Below are positions 19,630 to 64,000 of a stretch of DNA of 64,000 nt, piece by piece (positions within the stretch are counted from its first letter, which is position 1; the number at the start of each line of letters is the position of its first letter). The position numbers were made by a program, and so were the translations under genes. This DNA comes from Flaccisagitta enflata (lineage: Eukaryota): contig OZ231126.1 in NCBI GenBank assembly GCA_965153355.1, forward strand, positions 29,636,001-29,700,000. Direction: 5' to 3'. A model generated the notes under the pieces. That model searched no databases and was not told the origin of the DNA. It was given only the letters and a program-made list of their open reading frames with translations.

Positions 19630-20024
19630 TGCAATTAATTTGAGGTTTTTGGCTTAATTTGTTAAGGAGCGGCAGTTCTCCGAAGTTGACAGTTATTTTC
19701 TTGGTGATGGTGAAATATGACAAAATCAACAGTACAGAAATTTGCATTTCGGCAAACCTCGGATCGTCAAGGGGTCATTTTTGAAAATTTCCACACTATT
19801 TTTACATAAATAGTAACATTCCCTTGAAAGTGCTAAGATGTTTGACGACAAGCAGAGCTGTAATAACCAACCTAATGTCCTGTCTTCACTCACGTCACTA
19901 CGCTGTTACCGCGGTCTGCCAGTCATCTAGTCGATTCTCAACATCGGGAAGTGCTTTCATCCCCGGTTAATTTGTTAGTGTTAGATCCCATGGCCCATAC
20001 CGATGTAGAAAATTACGGACTAAA

Positions 20025-48907
<28,883 letters not shown>

Positions 48908-49423
48908 ACATGTATTTTTCACGTGGTTAAGATTTTTTTTACTCGTGACTCTGATTTTACTCTCCTTTTAAATCGCCTTCAAATCAAGTTTTCCATTTCC
49001 TTCTCCATAATACCTGGAGGCCTATAGATTATTTGGTGGTGGCCTTTTGACGCGGGTCCGACGCCCAGTTGGTCTTTAGGTCATTTGGTCGTTGGAACAT
49101 TTTAAGTTTTTTATGTTTTTCATTCAGCCGCCTTTTTCTGGTCGAATTTTCGATTCAGAACATTCTCTATTATAAAAAAAATGCTTTTTTTAAACATCAA
49201 CGTGTGATGTAAGATAGATGAAGGAAGTTGTTGTCCTTCAGGGGAATTCATTTAAAATCCTTTTCACTCTTGACTTAATAGAAAGAAATAAAAAAAAAAA
49301 CTTTATGGATTATATAGGGTAAGAAATATATAGGGTAAGACCCTTTTTTAGCCTCTCCTAGCGGCACGAGTTTTTACTTTGATTTACTTTGTTATCAATG
49401 TGTGGTTTGGTCATGTTTCTTAT

Positions 49424-49438
49424 ACGCAAACGTTTGAA
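49424..49438 (+). promoter_or_regulatory. CHR-containing motif upstream of RCC1
   Basis: ACGCAAACGTTTGAA, ~200 bp before the ATG; 14/15 identical to the motif upstream of PLK1. Confidence 0.45.
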
Positions 49439-49639
49439 GAAAGAAAAAAAAGGATCCTGTAAGATCGTCGCTTGAATTTTTTGTCAGTCTATCGTGATCT
49501 TATGCAAGTAGAATTTGAGCTTTTTCACGCTTTTATCGTTAGTTTACATACCATATTCGTCATGCTCATAGATAACTGAAACTTGAAATCGCCACCAAAG
49601 AAAATAAAAAGAAAGAATATATAATCGAAACTCATAACT

Positions 49640-56141
<6,502 letters not shown>

Positions 56142-56583
56142 GGTGGAGAGGAGGAGGTAACAGGAAAAGAACTTTTAGCCAGATTGAAATTTTCTTTGAT
56201 AATCGTAAAGAGCCAAAGAATTCAAGTACAGTCGAACAACTGAAGTGTGGAGGAGAGAAATTTTAGGAATCGATTTTTTCTCTGCGTTTGAGAAATTAGA
56301 AACGAAAATAAACAGAAGAACGTCGTGCTCCGGAACGAAAGATCATGACTACATTTCCAGAACAATTTCGCAGCGCACGAATCTGCCCAACTCGCGTGTT
56401 TCTATTTCTTTCAAATTCTTTTGTTTCAACTTTCAAGTATTCTCTCTTTTCTATTTGTTTTTTGGCTTTCTCTCGTTGATTTGTTCTTATGCAGACCTAT
56501 TTAGCCTTTTTGCATGTGCAAACGGCTGACTTACGTGCTGTTACTTTGTCGCACCGCACGTAGTTGTTTTATTCCGGAGATTG

Positions 56584-56598
56584 ACGCAAATGTTTGAA
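56584..56598 (+). promoter_or_regulatory. CHR-containing motif upstream of PLK1
   Basis: ACGCAAATGTTTGAA; also an inverted copy of the core (TTCAAACGT, 56802-56810) and an E2F-like TTTCGCGC (56932-56939) before the ATG. Confidence 0.45.
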
Positions 56599-56956
56599 TG
56601 TTGAATCATGATGGAAATTTTCAAGTTTTATCAATCATTGTTGCTCTTACAGTGGCTACTTGACAAAAAGAAATCAAATCAAGAATCTCATACTCAAAAC
56701 TATAACTAAACCCTTCACTACAAGTCATAAAGAATTCTCTCTGGATTGTCTTTCTTTCACGATTAAAACAAAAATAGAGATTATTAAGCTTTTTTACTTA
56801 TTTCAAACGTGGTTCTCGTCTACCGTCGTTATTGGGGGACGATCGTCAAGTACATAACCTCTCGTCCCGTTAATCTACCTCGTTCATCCACCCTCTTGTT
56901 TGATTCTGCTTCCCCTCCCCCCCTCCTCGAGTTTCGCGCATCCTCATTCCGTAAAC

Positions 56957-59900
56957 ATGTCTTCGTCACGTCGGGAGCCACTTCGCGAGGTGCCCGATTT
57001 GATCGTCGACCCAAATTCGCGAAAGCGTTATCAAAAGGGCAAATTCATGGGCAAAGGAGGATTCGCCCGCTGCTACGAACTGAAAGACTTGGACACGGAG
57101 CAAGTCCTGGCCGGGAAAATCGTGCCCAAGTCGCTGCTCGTCAAACAGCATTCCAAAGAGAAAATGTCTCAGGAAATCGCCATCCACAAGACGCTCAAAC
57201 ACAATCACGTCGTGCAATTCTTCAGGTATTGTGCAGTGACCCGGATGTTTTGATTTCGATCTTTAACCTTCACGATTTTTGTGGTGTAGAGATTGATTTG
57301 TAAAAAGACTTCTGGTTCTGACAATTTTACCTCACTGCCACCAAGCCCCTCATTTCGACTGACACAATGATTGCATGCTGCGAGACCACTTGAATAGAGA
57401 CTCATTTTTCATCGACTTGTTCAAAAGATATCCCTTGTATTTCCTGTGTGTAGTTTTTTCGAAGATTCGGAGAATGTGTATATTTTGCTGGAGTTGTGTC
57501 GGCGCCGGTCTCTCATGGAGCTGCACAAGAGACGCAAAGCGGTGACGGAGCCCGAGGCCCGATATTTTATGAAGCAAATCGCCCTGGGCGTCAAGTATTT
57601 GCACGACAACAAAATCATTCACAGGGATCTCAAACTGGGCAACTTGTTTCTCAGCGATGAAATGGACGTAAGTCTGGGCTGGCTTGGAATATGAGTTTTA
57701 CTTTTGTTTTTCTTGCGAATTGCCAAGAAAAAAGATTTTACATTGACTAGATTGACGGTTTCGGTTCCGGTTCTGGCAACCCATAGTATGCCCGGCCAAG
57801 TAGGCCCAGGTCAATACCTTTGCGTGACCAACAAACCGACAGACAAACCCTGTATACTTGCTTTCGCGCACATATGTATTCTTAGGTCAACTGATCTACT
57901 ACTGCTCTCGGTTGATATATGTATTGATGCCCTCTTTGGAATTGGACAGGTGAAAATCGGCGACTTGGGATTGGCGACGCGGGTAGATTACGACGGAGAA
58001 CGTAAGCGCACACTTTGTGGCACGCCCAACTACATCGCACCGGAAGTGATCTGCAAGAAGGGCCACTCCTACGAAGTCGACGTCTGGTCCATGGGATGCA
58101 TTCTTTACACGCTCCTCGTCGGAAGACCGCCCTTCGAAACTTCTTCTTTGAAGGACACTTACCAAAAGTAAGCGCAGTTGATTGTTCTTTCTTCAAATAT
58201 GAATTTCGTTTCGTTTTCGCCCTCTTCAGTCTTCAATTTGCCTTGTATAACATTACATGCTTATTCATCATTCCCCTTTGTTTCCTCATGCTTATGTGCT
58301 TGCCTTGAGATCTCGTTTGGTTTTAGTCTCTCCCTATATTGTTTTCTTTGTCTATTTGACCACACGCAGGATCAAGAAGAACGATTATCAAATCCCTCCT
58401 CAACTATCCGCCCCGGCCGTGGCTCTCCTGCGCCGTTTACTGGCCGATGACCCCACCGAGCGGCCGAATCTCGACCTCATCCTCGCCGACCACTTCTTCA
58501 CTTGCGCCTTCATGCCGCCTCGACTGCCTACTTCTTGTCTTACGATGCCGCCGCGTTTCGACAAAGTCGACGCCTCCTTCCGGCAGCCGGGTGGCGCCGG
58601 TGGTCAGAACGCCGGTTCCGCCGCCACCGATCAACGACGGGTTTTGTCCGTCAAGAACGAAAATGAGAGGGCCGATAAAATGGAGAGCGATGGTAAAGGC
58701 GCGGCGTCGTCGTCTCAAGGCACGGCGGGTGCCGGAGGCGACGCCGCGGGCAGTGGCAGCGGAAAAGTGTTCAGACACGACGAGGAGACGGAGACGCATC
58801 TGAACCAGTTGTTGGAGCAGTTGAACGCGGCGCTGTCGGCGAGGGACATTCAAAATGACGCGGACGCGCGCGCGGCGGAAGACGACTGCGAAGCTCCCGA
58901 AGCCGTGCCCATCTTTTGGGTGTCGAAATGGGTTGATTACTCGGATAAATACGGACTCGGATATCAATTGTCCGACAACTCGGTCGGCGTCTTGTTCAAC
59001 GACCAAACCCGACTGCTGCTCTTGGCCGATGGCGACAATCTCGAGTACATTGAAAGATCCGGATCAGAATCCTACCACACGCTGCGCTTGTTCCCAGAGG
59101 GACTCACCAAGAAAGTCACTTTGCTCAAGTACTTTAGGAATTACATGGTGGAACATTTACTTCGGGCCGGCGGGCAAGTTCAACCCAAAGCCGAAGATGA
59201 CATGGTGAGTACGCAGAAAACGTGGAATTCTTTTATTTGTTCTCTTTAATTTTATTCATTTTCATTTATCATTCTTTCGGATGCTTTCCATTTCTCTCTT
59301 CTTTGTTTCAGTATCCCTTCATTTTCCATCATTTTCTTTTGTTATTCTTTCATTCTCGCTTTTCCCTCTCTCATTCCTTTTATCTCTTTTATTTTCTGTT
59401 ACTCTTTCTGTCGTTACCTCTGTCTAGCCGTCTACCTGTCTGTCTTGTCTCATTGCATTCTTTCTTTCTTTCTTTCTTTCTTTTTATCTCTCTTTTTATC
59501 TCTCTTTTTTTCTCTCTTTTTTTCTCTCTTTTTTGTCTGCGACGGAATACCATTCCGACGCGGACTATAATTCGAGGCGGGTGGGTGTCGTCGTTGTCGT
59601 CGTCGTCGTCCTTGTCGTTGTTGTCGTCCACACTTTTAAAAATGGGCTAACTTTAGAACGCTTTGACCGATTTGCTTCATATTTGGAGGGAAGTTGTATT
59701 AGGGTAAGCCGTATTATGATCCGACCCACCCAACCGGCCCAACCAGCCTACCAGCCTAAAAGTGAAAAATGTGCATAACTTCTGCATTTTTCTACCGATT
59801 TGGTTAAAATTTGGTATGTATTCCCTTAATGGAAGAACTCAACATTTGTATTTGAACTGTAAAGATTTTAGCATGCTAACCGGCCAAACCGGCCTACCAC

Positions 59901-61718
59901 CCAACCAGCCTATCAGCCTAAAAGTGAAAAACGTGCATAACTTTGGTATTTTTCAACGGATTTGGTTAAAACTTGGTATGTAGTCTCTAAATGGAAGGAC
60001 TCAACATATGTATTTGATTTGTAAAGATTTTAGCATGCAAACCGGCCTACCACCCAACCAGCCTACCAGCCTAAAAGTGAAAAAGGTGCATAACTTTGGC
60101 ATTTTTCAACCGATTTGGGTGAAACTTGGTATGTAGTCTTTAAATGGAAGGACTCATCATATGTATTTGATTTGTAAAGATTTTAGCATGCTAACCGGCC
60201 AAACTGGCCTACCACCCAACCAGCCTAAAAGTGAAAAAACTTGCATAACTTCGGCATTTTTCTACCAATTTGGTTAAAATTTGGTATGTAGTCCCTAAAT
60301 GGAAGAACTCAACATATGTATTTGAATTGTAAAGATTTTAGCATGCTAACCGGCCAAACCGACCTACCACCCAACCAGCCTACCAGCCAAAGTGTCAAAA
60401 CGTGCAAAACTTTGGCATTTTTCAACCGATTTTGTTAAAACTTGGTATGTAGTCTCTAAACGGAAGGACTCAACATATGTATTTGATTTGTAAAGATTAT
60501 AGCATGCTAACTGGCCAAACCGGCCAAACTGCCATTTGACAACGCCGTTTGACAACGCCGTTTGACAACGCCGTTTGACAACGCCGTTTGACAACGCCGT
60601 TTGACAACGCCGTTTGACAACGCCGTTTGACAACGCCGTTTGACAACGCCGTTTGACAACGCCGTTTGACAACGCCGTTTGACAACGCCGTTTGACAACG
60701 CCGTTTGACAACGCCGTTTGACAACGCCGTTTGACAACGCCGTTTGACAACGCCGTTTGACAACGCCGTTTGACAACGCCGTTTGACAACGCCGTTTGAC
60801 AACGCCGTTTGACAACGCCATTTGACAACGCCGTTTGACCCCAGTCGCGGACCCATACTCTTTTAAGATTTTTTCTCTCTTTTTTTCTCTCTTTTTCTCT
60901 TTTTTTTCTCTCTTTTTTTCTCTTTATTTCTCTTTATTTCTCTTTTTTTCTCTCTTTCTTTCTCTCTTTATTTCTCTCTTTATTTCTCTCTTTATTTCTC
61001 TCTTTCTATCTCTCCATCTCTCTTTCTATCTCTCTTTCTATCTCTCTTTCTTTCTCTCTTTCTTTCTCTCTTTCTTTCTCTCTTTCTTTCTTTCTTTCTC
61101 TCTTTCTTTCTCTCTTTCCTTCTTTCTCTTTCTTTCTTTGTCTCTTTTTTTCTCTTTCTTTCTCTCTTTCTTTCTTTCTCTTTCTTTCTTTGTCTCTTTC
61201 TTTCTCTTTCTTTCTTTGTTTCTATCTTTCTTTGTTTATCTCTTCCTTTCTTTCTTTCTTTGTCTTTCTGTCTTTCTTTCAATACGTCTTTTCCACTCAT
61301 TCGGTCATCTCGTTCTGTCCCTGAAATAAATGAAACCCTACCAGATGTACATTCGCGATCCCCAAATTCACTCTCTCACTCCGCCGTCTAGGTCCGTCTT
61401 CCTTTTCTGCGTTCTTGGTTCCGAACTCGTTCGGCCATCGTCCTTCATCTCTCCAACGGCACGCTACAAGTCAACTTCTTCCAGGATCACTCGAAGATCA
61501 TCTTGGAGCCGACGATGTCCTCTGTGTCGTACATCGACGAGGCTCGAAACTTCCGTGTTTTCCGGCTCTGCAGCCCTCCGGAAGCGCAAGAGCTCGCCAT
61601 CTCAAAGACGGGCGCTTCCACGCAGCTGCTGCAGAGGCTGCGCTACGCCAAGACCATGGTCGAGAGGCTGCAGTCTACCAGGTCCACTTCCGCCAGAGTC
61701 AAGACCCATTTACCATGA
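56957..61718 (+). CDS. PLK1: Polo-like kinase 1 / polo, 5 exons, 620 aa
   Basis: Exons 56957-57225, 57454-57667, 57950-58167, 58370-59204, 61392-61718. [71 protein letters not shown]-box-like RRVLSVKN, polo box 1 [18 protein letters not shown], polo box 2 [29 protein letters not shown]. Confidence 0.95.
59535..60870 (+). mobile_element. Helentron/HINE-like element family C, copy 2, in PLK1 intron 4
   Basis: Same termini, ~152-162-bp units and 13-bp array (60531-60839) as 188-1980. Confidence 0.75.
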
Positions 61719-62600
61719 AAACCTTTTCTCGAGAGGGATAGAGACCATTTTTAAAGTTGCCTCGTCTCAAGAGGAGAAGTGCCATTTGTTATTAATAGAC
61801 GCCGTAGAATGATAGAGATTAATTATATATGTACCTTTTTGTGGACTCGCCTTGTCGAAAGCTGGGAAATGTGATATGACACCAACGTTTGTACGTTAGT
61901 TTTTCGTTTTTTAAGCATCTTTCAATCGTCTGATTGTATGCGTTCAAACAAAGTGCTCTTCGCGTTTCTGTAATGTTCAATCTCGCGGAATCATCTGTTT
62001 CCAATTCTACATTTGTGGATCGAGGTTAGTGGATGCGTTTTTCTTTTTATAACGCTAATGCGTCGGATAGTTATGCAAATCGTCCATTTCAAGTGGAAAT
62101 GCGAGTTTTATCCCCTTTTCGATTGTTTACCGATTGCGTTTTCATCTGATTCCTTGTGACCTTGTCTCTCCCATTTTTTTTCATTTTTTGTCTGTGGCAT
62201 TCTGTGCAAACCCCCCCTATCATTTCTCTCATTCTTTACTCTGTTCATAAGTTTAATAACTCTCATATACCAGAACCACCAATTGCAGTGGTTCGCAGTG
62301 TTGCCCTTTTATTCTCATCTTTCATGGCTGATTACCATGAAATTTTTTGTCAAATCGTCCTACCTTCTCTTATTTTCTTCGCGGTGCTATCTTAAAAGGA
62401 ACAAAAAAAGAAATAGCCAAATGTCTCTTTTTATTATCGGTCGTATTAAATATTATATCTGTAGTTTTAGATTATGGACCGACTCGTCAGAATTATTCGT
62501 TCATTCCAAACATCGGGGGCGGTCATTCCATTGTATTTCTTAACGCCGACTAGCGATGAAGAAATGGAAATCTTTAAAAAGAAAGAGCAGTGATTGCGTA

Positions 62601-63218
62601 CAGTACTTTCCGAGCAAACCCGACAAAAACTGGAGGATTAATTTTTGTTACTTTAATTTCATTTCCCAAACTTCATTTTTTGTATCTAACTTAATTAAAA
62701 GATACCTAATTCCTTGAACATATTTTGCTGTCAAAAAAAATAACTCGTGAAATCAAAGTGCATGAAGTCATCAACTTGGAGTGTTCTAACCCAGACCATT
62801 GGATTCGGCAGAAAATTTTACCTATCCTAGACAACAAGAACAGCTCAACCAGATAACTATTTTAGATTCTACAGCCATTTTCAGTTTTTAAGGACAATTG
62901 TCTTAAAATAATTTAGGACAATTGTCCTTAAAAACTTTAAATAGCCATAAAAGCTAAAATATTTGACTGATTGAGCTGTTCTTGTTGTCTAGGATAGGTA
63001 AAATTTTCTGCCAAATCCAATGGTCTGGGTTAGAACACTTCAAATTGATGTCTTCATGCACTTTGATTTCACGAGTTATTTTTTTTAACAGCAAAATATG
63101 TTCAAGGAATTAAGCATCTTTTGATTAAGTTAGATACCAAAAATGAAGTTTGGGAAATGAAATTAAAGTAACAAAAATTAATCCTCCAGTTTTTGCCGGG
63201 TTTGCTCGGAAGGTACTG
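62601..63218. mobile_element. Foldback MITE with TA TSD (Tc1/mariner-type termini)
   Basis: TA|CAGTACTTTCCGAGCAAACCCG ... CGGGTTTGCTCGGAAGGTACTG|TA; the whole 618 bp is a near-perfect palindrome. Confidence 0.85.
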
Positions 63219-64000
63219 TACCTACATATCGATTCATCGTTTGTATACCGTGTTAATTCTTGTATCTCAGCCCGCGTAAGACGACGGCCTTTCTTTCTTT
63301 TTTTACTTTTGGCTAGGATTTACAAGAAATTTTAGGAAATAAACAACTGAGGTCGATCTGAAGTTATCTTAAATTTAATAACGAGAACAAGACAAAGTGG
63401 AGTTATGAACGTGAATTGAAGATCAGATTGCGCATCGTCTTTCGTCAGTTTGCCAGTTATTCAGGCTAGATTCACGGCAGAATCTTTTGGACTACTTGCA
63501 GTCGGGTTGATCGTTAGCCTTTGGCGGTTCTGGCTCCCTTAGCCGATCATTGCCAAGGCTAGGGTGGGAAAACTGTGAATTGGACTAGTTTTGATTCTCG
63601 GGGGTTTGCCAATCCGTATTCAGTACTAGTTCTGGATAAAGTGAAATGACTAGCACCTTTCATAGCTTTCTTTCCCTCCACACTTATCGCTATCTTCATC
63701 TTAAAAGCGACCCTATACATTGTAGTCAAAGTGCAGAATGCAAAAGAGTGCCTAAAAAAGCCAAGATTGGACTTCCCCTAGCAAAAATGTTTTTTTTCTC
63801 GCAAAAATGCTTTCAAACGAGCCATTGCGTGACTTCCAAATCAGTCGGGAACCACCGTTAGAAGTTTCCATAGATACTGTAGATCTCGTCTTGACTTGAG
63901 ATAACGGGGACAACCATTATGAAAGACATATGAAGTTACAGAGTGATATTTGGATTATAGACTAATAAAATGATGCTTCGTTACCTATAATATCTAGTTG

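Noticed and set aside
58437-59006. Antisense ORFs over PLK1, RCC1 and ERCC6L exons
   Set aside because: Shadow frames of GC-rich coding sequence with no recognisable domain.
63400-64000. Possible terminal exons of a convergent minus-strand gene
   Set aside because: Acceptor-like sites exist but I could not build a consistent reading frame or recognise any homology.

Overview
Repeat-rich animal (probably invertebrate) genomic DNA; the species cannot be determined from this window. Reading splice junctions by hand (all GT-AG, frames consistent) gives four complete, co-oriented + strand genes. These are a divergent glycine N-methyltransferase-like gene (GNMT, 7 exons, 307 aa, 4097-10127) and three tightly packed mitotic genes: ERCC6L/PICH (21 exons, 1467 aa, 20025-48907), RCC1 (4 exons, 523 aa, 49640-56141) and PLK1/polo (5 exons, 620 aa, 56957-61718). 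The main observation is the PICH-RCC1-PLK1 cluster. Its spacers are only 732 and 815 bp, carry no recognisable repeats, and share a 14/15-identical CHR-containing motif (ACGCAAAyGTTTGAA), suggesting a co-regulated or operon-like mitotic unit. Protein-level oddities include a UIM pair in PICH, DFG->DLG in PLK1 and substituted acceptor-pocket residues in GNMT. Introns and the 10-20 kb intergenic region are filled with Helentron/HINE-like elements carrying mini- and microsatellites, hAT, Tc1/mariner, Harbinger-like and Sola-like foldback MITEs (some nested), a 5'-truncated CR1/L2-type LINE and a tandem tRNA-derived repeat. Most ORFs in the supplied track are simple-repeat artefacts.
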